Shown piece by piece: positions 25,926 to 39,470 of a stretch of 64,000 nucleotides of DNA. The translations under genes and the position numbers were made by a program. The notes below the pieces were generated by a model. It saw nothing but the letters and a program-made list of their open reading frames with translations, had not been told where the DNA came from and did no database searches. Source of the DNA: Rhynchobatus australiae. Its lineage: Eukaryota. The DNA lies in assembly GCA_034780895.1 (NCBI GenBank), contig JAUZTB010000073.1, positions 17,282,386-17,346,385 on the forward strand. Reading direction: 5' to 3'. Numbering within the stretch: the first letter of the stretch is position 1; the number at the start of each line of letters is the position of its first letter.

Positions 25926-27714
25926 TGAAGTCACTTGCCCAGAGTAGGATACCAGGTTACACTTGAATCACTGTACCACTCTCCGCACTGGAGCATGGGC
26001 CCAAGTTAAGCTGATGTCCCACCACTGCCTCCCCCAGATATTGGCAGAACATGGGAGACAACAACAAAAAAAGATGAAATCATCATCTGCTGGATTCATC
26101 TTGGTTTGATTAAAAGAGCTTTTGTGGTATTTGGGGCTTCTCTGTTATTCATTTATGTACTTAACGTAATTATCCCATAACAGAGATTAAACTGATTGCG
26201 TGTACTAAATAAACTCTATACTTTGAGCAAAGATATCATCAACTTCAATTTAATCCTGAAAACAAATTTAAGACTGGCAACAAATACTGGAGCCTGGACT
26301 ACTTGAACAAAGCCAGTCAAACTAACCATCTGTCCGAAGGGACAAACAGCAAGGTCTTGATCCATCATCACAGCACAGATTGCAGGACAGGTTGGAGTAC
26401 ACGGGTAGGACACTGTACTGTTACACTCTATTATTACATGCTTAAAAGCAATTGCAGGTGAGGGAACTGCAACATCAGAGCTTGTGATCAGCGGCCACTT
26501 CAGCTGAGCTCTCCGTCAACCCACTGAACCTAGATCTGTTTGAGTCTAACCGTACGAGAAACAGAACCCAGTAAATGGGCCACGAAGAATCTGCCATTAA
26601 TCAGCCATTTGCTTGATCTTCAGTGCAGAATTGGCTACATTATACCATTAGACTCTGCTTACATGCTCCTTTATGCCTATTCAAAATATCGTTTCCATGA
26701 CGACTCATCTTTAAATCAAACTCACTGACTTCAATAATCATTTGCAAAATATTCCAATGCAATTTGCATAGACTGCTCAATCTATTAATGTACCCCGCAG
26801 TGTTCATCAACTGTATCGTAGGGCAGCATCTAGGAATAGTGCAGTGATCCATCAGCAAGACCTGCAAGTATAAATGGCACTACATCCAATGGTGGGTTTC
26901 CTCAAACAGTGAATTATGGATCAAGTCAGGATGCCCATTTCCAATTCCCTCTTTGGACCAATATCCTAGTTTACAAGGAACCAAAGTTACCAATTTACTT
27001 AATAGCAAACGACAGGTAACTCAGTCTGTTCATTAACCATATAGACTGCTTGGGGTCAAACTCCATACACAGAGTAACATATATAATGTTTAGCACCGCC
27101 CAGTACATGATACAGTGTCAGAGTAATTTAAATAGGAATCTAGAGACCTGAACCTTTGATCTGCAGGAATGTTTGAATCTCTCAATAGCATCAGAAGAAA
27201 TTAATTCAATTAAATAAATCTACAATTTAAAAAGACCATGAAATTATTGAGTAGTTGTTCAAAAAGCATCTAGGTCATTCATGTCCTCTGCTTTCCTTAA
27301 CCTCAATTCAGGGGCAAATAGGGGTTGGCAGTAAACTTTGAAAACAATGTTTACCTGGTTACAGGAGAGAGACAAGACAATTAGGAATAGCCAATAAATG
27401 CTGGCCTTTCCAGTGATGTCTGCAAATAAATAAATAGAAGATCTCAACATCTAGATGGAACACACTAATAGATAAGGTTTGATAATGATGCACTTTTGTA
27501 CCCTCTGATCCAAATCTCCTTAATGATTTTAAGATTCAAGATTCCTTTATTTGTCATTGTACTGTTGCAGGACAACAATACAATGAAATTACGAGCAACA
27601 CAACAAAATTATTGGTCATATACAAGTGTTACAGGTACCGTATGGGCTACATTGCCGCAGTGAATCACCGTTTAGACCCATGGTCACATTCATTACAAAA
27701 TGGGTCTGATTCNN

Positions 27715-27945
27715 NATTCCACTGTCCACATAGTCCTCATCTTTTGGGTAGAGATGAGAGATACCTTCTCTTGGACTGCACGTCTTTGAAACTCTCTACC
27801 CCATAAGCATCCACTGCCGAACCTTAGAGCACATTCAAGAATGAGGCCGATACATTTTTGGACACAAGGGGAAATCAAAGGATACGGAATAGGGCAAGAA
27901 AATGGGGTCAAAGTGAAAGATTTTACTGAATGTCAGAGCAGGCTC
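27715..27945 (+). mobile_element. CR1-type LINE 3' tail
   Basis: agagatgag...ttgaaactctctaccc...ttcaag...gatacattttt...aatcaaaggatacgg, the same tail as other copies. Confidence 0.6.
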
Positions 27946-28324
27946 ATAGATACCTGTGAACCACTCCACTTCTTAGCTGCCATATTACCTGCATACAACT
28001 CTACTGGTTACCAACACAACTTGACATTGAATAAATACAATTCCATTGAGAAAGCAACAGAACCAAGGTCCACATCCAAATCCAAAAATTCAAACAGGAC
28101 AAAATCGGTACAAGATATCACAGGAGTGAGCTGTCTGCATTTTCAGACAGATTGGGAAGACACGGGGGAGCATGGATACACTGGTCTGAAAACAAAACAG
28201 CGGTCAGACTGCACACGAGCTACCCATCAAATGTTCTTCATAGCTATTAGTGATGGGCATCTAAACCCATAAGTGGCTGATACCAAGATGTACAGCCAAA
28301 CCCACCAGATTGAATAGTTTAGCA

Positions 28325-28620
28325 CCCTGGAGTTTAGAAGAATGAGAGATGATCACATTTAAACTTTCAAAATTCTTCTATAACTTCACAAGGTGGATGA
28401 AGGGAGAACATTCTCCCCTCGCTGGGGAGACTAGAACCAAGTGGCTACAGTCTCAGAATATAGAATAGGCTATTAGGACAGAGTTTAGGATAAATCTCTT
28501 CACTCGAAGGATGGCAAGTCTTTGTAGTTCCCTAACCTGGAGGACTGTGGAGACTCAAGGAGTTCAGTCAAAACAGATTGACAAATTTCAGGATATTAAG
28601 AGAATCAGGAGATAGAGATA
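28325..28620 (+). mobile_element. CR1-type LINE 3' fragment
   Basis: LEFRRMRDDHI*TFKIL...GETRT...SLRI, the degenerate CR1 ORF2 end. Confidence 0.75.
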
Positions 28621-29669
28621 CATGTCCTCCACAGCCCTATAAATACTTGGAAAGGGATCATCTTAATCAGTTTCCTTTTTTAAGTCACTCTTGAATCAGC
28701 TTCGAGCACCCTTTTAGACTAGGCATTCCTGACAACTCAGTGTAAAAAATTATCCTCATTTCCCCAGCTAAAGAAAAATGATTCCATTAACTTACCCACA
28801 AAAACCAGCTCATTATGAAACTGCAAATCATGCACATCTGCCATGTATTAACATTAAATACCCTTCCCTAATGATCTAGTGCATAAACACACTGATGCAA
28901 AACTGGAGTAATACCAAGCATCCAGAAAACTACACGATGTGGCTCTAGTTTTCCAAGTTCTGGTTGGGACTGTGGCTCTCCTTCCCTCTGCCCTCATTGT
29001 TGACCATTACTGTTCCCTGCTCTCTCCTTCCACACCAGTGACCTTTGCTGACCCCTTATTTCCTGTTTTCTTCAAAATCTACATAAACTAGTAGTACCAT
29101 GGTTTACTGCACCTTGAAGTCCCAAATGAAAGGAAAATGGAGAGATACAGAAAGAAAGTTAGAATGGCCTCTCCACTGAGCCGGATATTTGAACACTGCA
29201 GGATTTGATCCAGAGTACATTATCTGGAGATTGATTGATGGAACCTATCGATTTTGCTTGCACTTACAGCAGCCCTAGTTTTCATTTGGGGATCATCAGC
29301 TCAATGACGATCTGCTCAGGTTTGCTCAAAATTATGAAAGCTTGCTAAAGAGATGATACAATTAAGTTCCTGCTCATTCTCCTCTCCCAGGTGTGTTGCT
29401 CCTGCTCTCCTCCTACAGGTGTATCAATGAATTTGTACTTTTGTCTCAGCCTTCCAACCAACCTACNNNNNNNNNNNNNNNNNNNNNNNNNNNNNNNNNN
29501 NNNNNNNNNNNCAGAAGTGCAGTTGTCACACTTCTTTCCCACCCCCCCCACGATCCCTCAAGCCCCAAGAACAATAAATATATTCAAAAATAATAATAAT
29601 TTGGTTTCAATTGCATTCTCCAGTCTCTGGGAGAAGAAATTTCTCTTCCTATCAGTCTTCACACAATCA

Positions 29670-30660
29670 GAAACATACAGTGCAGATATAGGTCACCTTG
29701 TCCATGTCAACTGTGTTGCATATCTATACTACTATTTGCCCACTTTAAGCTGGTATTGATTTACGCCTTTCCTATCCAAGTTCCAGTCCAAACACCTTTT
29801 TTAATGTTGAAAAGGTATCTGCCTCTATCACCTTCTCTGGCAGCTCATTCCAGATAATCACCACCCTCAGCAAAAAAAACTCCCTCAAACTTGTGCCCCT
29901 GCCCTGAGAAAATGATTCTTACCATCTATTCTATCTACACCTCTCAATTTTATAAACCTCTATAAGGTCACCCTCAGCCTTCTGTTCCAGTGGGAATAAA
30001 CTTAGCCTATCCACTCTCTCCTTATAAATACAGCATTCCATTCCAGGCAACATCTGGTGAATCCCTTCTGCACTCTCTCCACTGTTAGCACAGCCTTCCT
30101 GCTGTGTGACAACCAGCACTGTACACAACACTCTAAGTGCAATCCAACCAATGTTTTGTACAACTGCAACACATCCCAGCTACTATACTCAATGCCTCAG
30201 CCTACGAAGGCAAGCATACCAAATGCCTTTATCACCACCCTTTCACGGAGTATGGACTTGCACCAAAGGTGTTTCTGTACATCAATGCTCCGAAGCTGCC
30301 AGTCATTTTTTCTATACGTCTACCAGAATCCCAAGTACATTAGTTCGCATTTGTCCAAATTAAATTCCACCTGCCTCCACTCCATCCGACATTCCAGCTG
30401 ACCCATCCTTAAACAACCTTTTTTGCTTTCTACAACTCTACCAATTTTTGTGTTGACTATAAACTTACTAATTATACCACCTACATTTTTCATCTTTTAT
30501 ATACATTTCAAACAAAGGTCCCAGCACCAATCCCCGTGGTACACCACTTGTTATAGACTTTGTCAGAAAACACACCACTCCACCACAACCACCTACCTCG
30601 TATCCCCAAGCCAACTCTGGATCCAGTTTACCCACACACTTCAGATTCCTTGCTCATCCT
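29670..30660 (-). mobile_element. CR1-type LINE, about 1 kb 3' fragment
   Basis: Minus peptide LPGMECCIYKERVDRLSLFPLEQKAEGDLIEVYKI; upstream RT remnants around 30420-30560. Confidence 0.87.
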
Positions 30661-33600
30661 GATGAAATCCCTTGCAGTTTCTTTCCAATTGAAAGTTCCC
30701 TTCAATTAGCTTTGGCAACTTCCAGCTCTAGGTAATCCATCCAGGCCTCCCACACTCCTCTAGATGTGACAGGCATCTTTCATCCAACCCCATCTCCTGA
30801 TCTCAAAGCCAGAGCACCTGCCCATTCCATCAGCACTTTCCAGCTTCCCTCCAAATCACAAACCATTGTGTCTTGGAAATATACCACCATTGCTTCACCA
30901 CTGCTGGTCTAAATCCAGGACTCCTCCCAAACAGTCTTGTGGGAGTTCAAGGCAATGGCTCACCATCACCTTCTCAAGGGCAGTTAGATATGGGTAGCAA
31001 ATGCCTTCAATGCCTATATCTATAAAAGTAATTAATTGTTCCTCTGAACATGGGCAAAACAGAAGATCATGTGACATCCCTGCCCCATATACTCTGCAAG
31101 GCACTACAGTGGCCATGAAGTACTTAAACATTAAAACTTGTGTTATCTTTAAAGCAGTCAGCAGGAGGAGTGAACAGTGCAGGGCTGAACTCAGCTCAGA
31201 TGATGCTCCCTGGCCATCTTCCCTCTCCAATTTAATTCAGAGTCCCCTTTACAAGTTATGATTTGTATGAAAACCAGGAGACGGCACCTTGAATTTGTCG
31301 CCTGAATGACAATGCTTCCTTTCTTTCCAGCAAAACGTACAAGTTGGTAGCGTGACAGGATGAAGAGAAGCTCGACAGACAGCCTAGTAGACATGGAATG
31401 CAAGAGCTGGGAGAGCAGCATAAATAGTGCAATTAAACTGAAGGTGTTATCTCATTCAGGCTTTTGAACCTTTTGATACGATTCATTGTACGGATGGATC
31501 CATTGCTGGAAAGAATTGCAGCATCTGCTGTTAATGACTTGATGCAGAACTGCTTCAATTGTTCTGTGTGCAGGTGACATGGCAAAGAGCCGAGGCAGAA
31601 CTTATCAAAACACATTCCAACACTAAATCCTGAGTTTAACAAGCAGAAAGTGTGCCAGATTCACAGCACCAGCAACAGCCCCCTCCAAAACTAATTGTTT
31701 GCTCGCCAGATTCAGCCACATGCGGAGTTTAAAACTATTCCTGTGTGTAACAATCGAGGTTTGATATCACTGGCTCTAAGGACGACATTTGCGATACAGA
31801 CATTTCACCCAGATTAACTGGAAAGAATGNNNNNNNNNNTGCATGCCCAGAAGTCCCCAGAAAAACACCAGAGACTGCAGTCTATCTCCTACAGGGACAT
31901 CTTGAAGCAGTATGTCTAGGATCATGAGTACAGAGGATACCATTCAGCCCTTCAAGCTTGTTCCATCAATCAATAATTCCCAGGTGATATGTAACCCAAT
32001 TCCATAACCTTCCCCCCCCCCCCCATTTCCTTTTATACCTTTGGGAAACAAAAGTCTCGCAATCTCAGGTTTAAGGTTAACACGATTGAACATCAATTGC
32101 TGATCNNNNNNNNNNNNNNNNNNNNNNNNNNNNNNNNNNNNNNNNNNNNNNNNNNNNNNNNNNNNNNNNNNNNNNNNNNNNNNNNNNNNNNNNNNNNNNN
32201 NNNNNNNNNNNNNNNNNNNNNNNNNNNNNNNNNNNNNNNNNNNNNNNNNNNNNNNNNNNNNNNNNNNNNNNNNNNNNNNNNNNNNNNNNNNNNNNNNNNN
32301 NNNNNNNNNNNNNNNNNNNNNNNNNNNNNNNNNNNNNNNNNNNNNNNNNNNNNNNNNNNNNNNNNNNNNNNNNNNNNNNNNNNNNNNNNNNNNNNNNNNN
32401 NNNNNNNNNNNNNNNNNNNNNNNNNNNNNNNNNNNNNNNNNNNNNNNNNCTAATGACATTGAATGGCTATGAATGTCTCTGGTATTTACAACTATTCAAA
32501 AACAAATCTAAAGTTAATCATACTATTAAAAAGTGTAAAAAAATTAAAATAGCAATTAAATGGAATTGAAAATAAAATATTTAAAACTACAGAAAGTAAA
32601 ATGATCAGATATATTTAAAGATATTTATGTTAGGAATTGAACACATTTATGTTAACTCAATAAATAGAAATGTGAACCACTTCCCTCGCTGAGAACCTTT
32701 CCTCTCTCTTGAAACAAATGAAGCGGATGAAGCTGGACATGGAGCAATGGGGTGCTTGTTCATTGGCTAGATTTCCAGTGATAATTGCTGGGAAGTGGAC
32801 TCCACAAAGAGTCCAATGACAGCACACCATCAGAATGAGGGCACTTTTGTGTGAGCTGCGCCCAAAACATTTTCAGACAGCCCATTTGGCCTTCTAATAA
32901 AAAAAGTTTTGCACCGCTGCAAGAACGTATGAAAATGTAATCAGATCATGACAAACTTTTAAATTCCAGGTAACAGAATTACAAAATCTGAAAGCACTCC
33001 TTGTACATGAGCCCTCTCAATCCAGGTATCATTCCAGCCAACACAGCCTTCAGAAGGTACCAAAAGCACAATGCCGCTGCAATTACTTCAAGTCACTTGG
33101 TCTATAGAAAGTTTGGCTCCAGGCTCACTTAAGCCCTAGAGAAAACAATACTACAGAAGGTTGAACCAGCAAATCATCCTGCAAGTCCTGCACATCTCAG
33201 GTTCCTAATCAGGGTAGGAAGGGGTGCTTTGGGCTCATTCTATTCATTGGAACTCTTTAATAATTAACAAGACTTGCTGCCTCAGGTCCCACAGACATTT
33301 TCCAGCACCAGTAAAATTATATGCACTGTTGTCCACACTCATTCTCCAATGCAGTGGCACACTGTGCAACTGAAGCTCAAATACCACGAGGGGAAGAGTT
33401 TTCATCCAACCAACTTTCTGCATCAGCAGCTAATCATGTCCTATTGGTTAAGAGGGAAAAGAGAGAAGGAGGGGAGGTAGCCTAATCGATAAACACCAAT
33501 TCCATTCAGTTATACAAAGAATAACTAAGAATCTTGAGCAATGACACCAAGTAACCTTTGGTCCATGCAATAATGATCCGGTACAGTCTGGGAGTGAATA

Positions 33601-34703
33601 ACTTTTCCTCTGTTAAACACACAATCCCACAGCTGGAGTAAATTGGGCGAGCATTATTCTGTTGAACAAACAGATTCTGGTTACGCACAGGTGCGGTGAC
33701 TGGCCTACCTTCCACTCTGCTGAATCCACACCCATCATTTTACGCAATGGAACGTGAGGAGACTGGTTGAGTTTCAAGGTGCTCGAATTGAGCAAGGCAA
33801 ACCAAAATCATTTAGCTGCTGTTTTACGTTGTGGTACGTGTTTACTCATGTTCAGCCACATACTGTAAGTGGAACCAGAGAATATTGNNNNNNNNNNNNN
33901 NCCATTCATGTGTATGTTGCCTTCCTCTGCAATCACAGATTTGACATTCCATAACTTTCAGTTACTACTGATCATTGGTCATCTCACAAGCCATGCTCTG
34001 CTTGTCAGTCACATCACCACTGCTGTACCTTAATATGTTACAACAGCCAGTAAACTTGATAAGTTTATTCCTTGCCATTGTGCTTAAAACTGTTCTCTCT
34101 CCTTCCTTCTTACCAACCTCTTACGAGTCAGCACTCTTTCATTGATATTCCGACAGTACAGTTATGTTCGCAGACCCAATACGAGGAACCCTAAAACTCA
34201 AGTTTCATCTTAAACCTGGATAAGAATGTGAAACTGGAGTGCCAACTTCCCCTCTAACCTTATCCCTTAAAAATGGGTGGAGACCAGTGGTCACATTGCT
34301 CTTCTACAATCAAGGACTGTAAACAGAGTGTGTCCTTGCCACCCTAAACCCACAGCATTCTGCAAGAGTTCATGCACCTGTAACATGTTCAAGGTTGATT
34401 AGCTCCCAGACTACTTGTCACTTCTGATTCTCACATTCCGTCCTCCCCCATCTACTTGTAAACCATGACTTATGGACACCTTCAAAACACTTGTCTGCAC
34501 AACATTGGTTTTGCAAAAATAGACTTGGTTGAGAATTGCCGACTTAGAGAGCGAGGCGATAACTGCAAGCTGCTAGAACCAGCGAGGAAGCAAAGAGAAC
34601 GGGGCCCCCACACACCAATCATGCAGCTGCAGTCGTTGCAAAGTTAGGTTTCAGATCAGCAAAGCAGTTGTTAATGAAGATCTGTCTGGAGGCTCTTTCC
34701 TAC

Positions 34704-34855
34704 CTGTGATATTGACCTCAACCAGACCCGATCGTGTACCAATTGCATTCGTAGCCTCACAGACATACGTCCCAGCAAGTTCATAGGTCACGGTCCCTTT
34801 GAAGAGCAGGGTGGTGTTTTGAGGTTCCACGTTTACAGGCAGTGACCCATTTAAC
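34704..34855 (-). CDS. NECTIN1: Nectin-1 coding exon 5 (second half of third Ig domain)
   Basis: Not in the ORF track; translated by hand as LNGSLPVNVEPQNTTLLFKGTVTYELAGTYVCEATNAIGTRSGLVEVNIT, matching nectin-1 LNGSLP...LAGTYICEATNPIGTRSGQVEVNIT. Acceptor cttttacag|, donor G|gtagga; 152 bp, phase 2-1. Confidence 0.96.
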
Positions 34856-35236
34856 CTGTAAAAGTAAACACACTAATTTGAACAGGGCCAAGTTCATGCT
34901 GCATCAAACTGGTGACTCGTCATTTCAAACCCCCTGGGCTCCCTGGAAATCATCAGGGCCACCAGCAAACAACACAAGGACCAATTAATACCTCCTCCCA
35001 CTGATAGGGCCATAGAGGAGTGAATCACATTGGCAGCATCCTTCAATTATAACTCAAGGACTTGCCCACATACCAAAGTGGTTAAGTCAAATTCAATGTC
35101 AAAGTTGAGTTTATTGTCATTGCACATGTACATGCATGCACAAGTGCAATGAAAAATTTACTTGGAGCAGCACCACAGGCACATAGCATCATATAAGCAG
35201 CATTCACAAGAACATCATCAATTTTTCTTTGTTTTT

Positions 35237-35397
35237 GGGTGGCACAGTAGCGTAGTGGTTAGCACAACACTATTACAGTGCCAGCGACCCGGATTCAATT
35301 CCCGCCGCTGTCTGTAAAGAGTTTGTACGTTCTCCCGTGTCTGCGTGGGTTTCCTCTGGGTGCTCCAGTTTCCTCCCACATTCCAAAGACGTACGGG
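35237..35397 (+). mobile_element. V-SINE copy (3' part in gap)
   Basis: A box tagcgtagtggttag, B box ggattcaattccc, V domain. Confidence 0.85.
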
Positions 35398-36574
35398 NNN
35401 NNNNNNNNNNNNNNNNNNNNNNNNNNNNNNNNNNNNNNNNNNNNNNNNNNNNNNNNNNNNNNNNNNNNNNNNNNNNNNNNNNNNNNNNNNNNNNNNNNNN
35501 NNNNNNNNNNNNNNNNNNNNNNNNNNNNNNNNNNNNNNNNNNNNNNNNNNNNNNNNNNNNNNNNNNNNNNNNNNNNNNNNNNNNNNNNNNNNNNNNNNNN
35601 NNNNNNNNNNNNNNNNNNNNNNNNNNNNNCACGTGGGGAATTCAAATTTAAGTAATTAAACTAATGTGGAATGAAGGTTAAGCTCAGTAATGGTGATCAT
35701 GAAACTCTTGGATTGGTTCATTAATGCTCTTCGGGAAAGAGAATATGCCCTCCAAACATGACTCCTGACTCTCCTCCGTTCAGGGGCTCCTGGGGATGGG
35801 CGATAAAATGCCAGTGACATCCACGTGCCATTACCAAAAAGAAAAAAAACCTGAACCCTGAAAGCTCAGCTCCATAGTCAGAACTCTGCTTTCCCAATAA
35901 CAAGAGTCAATGGCCAAGAAAATAACCATGCTGTGTGAAAGGTCCACCAGGTTAGTGTCAGAGTGCCAGAGAGGCACCAAGCCAGACAAACATCAGCACA
36001 CTTCCCATTTCCTTTTTATATGCATCCTAATTTCTTAAATTACTCCTAAATTGTCTTTAGTGCCATTTTATTGCCTTCATTAAAGATTTTACTTCAAGGC
36101 CTCAGTCTCCCCCAAAGGCTGGACCTTGTTCAATATTTTTATCCAGAACTGTGACATTCAGCCGATTTGGAATTTTGCAGTCTGATCATGTGTAGCGTTC
36201 AGTCAACTGCACTGCAGAAATATTTCCTTTTGATTCTAGCAATCTCTACTCCTTTGTTTTTTTAAAATTATTTTGTGATAAAGAGCCAAAATTAAAATAC
36301 TCTATTGTCAACTTCAGTGTTTTCAAATTTCCATTTTTGAGATTAAGAATATATGATAAATATACTGATCACACATACACATCTGTTACTACATTAAGTT
36401 TGTATCCATAAATTTTAGCAAATGTTTTATGTAATGAAAGTTTGCAGAAGTGAGCTTAGTTTTGAAGCTTTCCAACAATGCTATAGGGGGTTTTACACTG
36501 GAATGATTTACATTGACAACAACTTTCCCACATGGGTCTGGGGGTCTTTTTTTTTTGAAAAGAGCAGAAAGCCA

Positions 36575-37740
36575 TACAAAATAGGAACAGGAGTTGGCCT
36601 TGAGCTTGCTCCACTATTCAGTATGATCATAGTCGATCCAACTTTCCCCAAGTTCACTTTCCCATCCTACTCCTTGACTGCCTTAATGATTAAAAATCCA
36701 TGAGCTTTGAATATATTCAAGGATTCCACCTCCACAGCTTTCCAGTGCAAGAAATTCCAAAGATTCACAGCCCTTTAGGAGAAGAAATTCTTCTTCATCT
36801 TGGTCCTAAATGGATGCACCTTATTCTGACTCTATGCCCTCTGGTCTTAGACTCTCCAATCATTTACACTATCAAGCCCTTAAGTATTTTGTTGGTTTTA
36901 ATAAGATCACCTCTCATTCTTTTTAACTACAATGGGAATTCAAGCTGTTCAATCTTTCCTCATCGGACAATCCCTCCACACAAATGTTTTTTCCTAGTGA
37001 ACCTTCTCTAAACTATTTCCAATGATAATATATTACTTAAATAAGGGGACATAAACTGTACACAGATGTGGTCTTATTAGTGCCTTGTACAGTTGTAGTA
37101 GTAATGCTTCCCTATTTTTATACTCCAATCCCCTTTAAAAGAAAGCCAGCATTACCCAAACTTCCCGATTCCCTGCATGCTAGCTTTATGCATTTCACTT
37201 TCAAGGACCCCCAAATCCCTCTGTGTTGCAGCTGTCTCCATTTCAATAATAATCTCTTATCATTCTTCCTTCCAAGAGGATCACTTCACATTTTCCTGCA
37301 TTACATCCAACTGGCAACTTCCTGCCCAATCACTTGATATCCTCCCAACTTGCCATTCCACTTCAGTATCATCTGCAGATTTGGCTTCAGTACATTCACT
37401 TCCTTCCTCTAACTCATCGACATACATTGTAAACAACTTCAGTCCCAGGACTGATCCCAGCACCATCTCACTGGTTATAACTTACTAACCTGAAAATGAC
37501 CCTGATTTTTAATTGTAGCTTCCTACTTGTTAGCTGGTTCTCTATCCATGCTGGTACATTACTTCCAATACCCCGAGTTCTTCTTCTGCAAAGTAACCTT
37601 TGGTTGACATCTTCTCAAAAGCCTTTTGAAAACCCAAATATATTACATCTACTGGTCCCCCCCATCCACTCTGAGTGATATTCCCTCAAAGAACTCTATT
37701 AGACACATTTCCCCCTCATGAAGCCGTGCTAACTCTGCTC
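36575..37740 (-). mobile_element. CR1-type LINE, about 1.1 kb 3' fragment including RT core remnant
   Basis: Minus peptide VLGSVLGLKLFTMYVDELEEGSECTEAKSADDT corresponds to the PQGSVLGP.LF...FADDT RT motifs; 3' UTR near 36580. Confidence 0.88.
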
Positions 37741-38204
37741 AAATCAGGTTATGACTTTCAACATGAAGATGTGAGTTGATCCAAATTACCTGCTTTCTCG
37801 TGGGCTTGATAGGTGAGTAAGGCAAAGCAAAGGGGTGGGGTAGTCTTGTCCATTTCTAGCTTTAGTGCTTCTCTCAATTCATGCGCACATTTCTAAGAGA
37901 TCGCATTTATGTGGATTTTGGCTGAGCCATGGTACTGCCCCTCCCCCACCACCACCCACCTTTCCCTATCGCTTTTACTTGCTCAGGTTGAAAAAGCTCA
38001 TTTGCCTCTGGATCTATCCAACTCTGAACTAATCTCCAACCCCCTCATGTCCCAGGACCGACAATGGGTACTTCCACCCCTCCTCCAACCTCTCCACCAC
38101 ATTCCCTGCACAGGTACCTCCACCCGTGGCAGTACTGATGGTGCATGACTTGGAGGCAGCAGCAATTCCTCATGCCTGCTGCCCTCACCTTCCTCAGAGG
38201 AGGG

Positions 38205-38455
38205 TTATTGGTATAGGTTTATTATTGTCACTTGTACTGAGGTACAGTGAAAAACTTGTCCTGCAAACCAATTGTACAGGTCAATTCATTACACAGTGCA
38301 GTTACAGTGAATTGGTACAGAGTACATTCAGGTAGTACAGGTAAAAACAAACACTACAGAGCTACAGAGAAAGTGCAGTACAATAAGGTGCGAGGTCACA
38401 ACAAGGTAGATCGTGAGGTCAGAATCCATTTCTCGTACAAGGGAACCGTTCAATA
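38205..38455 (-). mobile_element. LINE 3' tail, family uncertain (Rex1/Babar-like?); matching copy at 16915-17010 on +
   Basis: tttattattgtcacttgtactgaggtacagtgaaaaacttgtc...caggtcaattcattacacagtgcag is the reverse complement of 16915-17010 (both give the shadow peptide LLLSLVLRYSEKLVL.T..TGQFITQC). Confidence 0.6.
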
Positions 38456-39301
38456 GTGCGTGTGGGTTTAGAGGGAGTTGTTGAAGCAGTCTTGGCAATT
38501 TGCTAGGATCCACAGTTACAACTTATGCTCCTTAAAATTGAAAAGGAGTCACATCCACGAAGAAGAGCAGTAAAGCGGGATTCAAGTTTCCTGTTTGTTG
38601 GCAAGCACCTAGCACTGTTTCTGTCAGCATTGATGTAATGGTGCAAAACTCCACGATTCCAGGAATGGACGATTATGGAGCAGGAAAGGTTACACGGAAA
38701 TGAAGAATACACATTCCTTATCCCACTGGCTCTCCATCAAAGAGCACCGACACACAGAAGCAGTAAAGAGAGGCTCCAGTGCTTGGGGTCAAGAGCCAGA
38801 TATCCTCTCTGTGGTTCCACAATACAGTATCCCTTCTATACAATGCAGCTGGAACCTTCGTGAGAACACGAGGACAGGTGAGTGAGCATCTCTGAAGCTG
38901 CCATCCACCCAATTTCCAACCAACACAAATGGGAGACAGAACTCACATTAACTTGGTAACATGGGCAAAATCTTGTCCTTGTTACCAAGGATTTCTCGGG
39001 TGTAAAAGAAATACAGCAAAAAAAAAATGCATAATATAGAAAAATGCCTTTGTTTATGAAATTCCTGCATAACCCTGATTTGAAACATGTATGAGAATAT
39101 GGTATCACATGTACTGAGGGATGATCTGTTGGAAGTGTACAGTATAAAATTATAAGGGGCATAGTTGTGCTGGACAAGCAATATATTTTTCCATTATTGA
39201 GCGATCCAATACCAAAGGACATATATTTAAGANNNNNNNNNNNNNNNNNNNNNNNNNNNNNNNNNNNNNNNNNNNNNNNNNNNNNNNNNNNNNNNNNNNN
39301 N

Positions 39302-39470
39302 AAGAGTGGCGGAGGCAAATTCATTGGGGGCTCTTAAGAAGGGCTTGGATGGGGTATATGAATTAGTGGAAAATAGAGGGATATGGGCATTCTGTAGGTA
39401 GGAGGGAATAGCTATGTCAGCACAACATTGCGGGCTGAAGGGCCTGTTCTGTGCTGTACTGTTCTATGTA
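39302..39470 (+). mobile_element. CR1-type LINE 3' tail
   Basis: Ends gggctgaagggcctgttctgtgctgtactgttctatgt, the CR1-family terminal motif. Confidence 0.7.
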
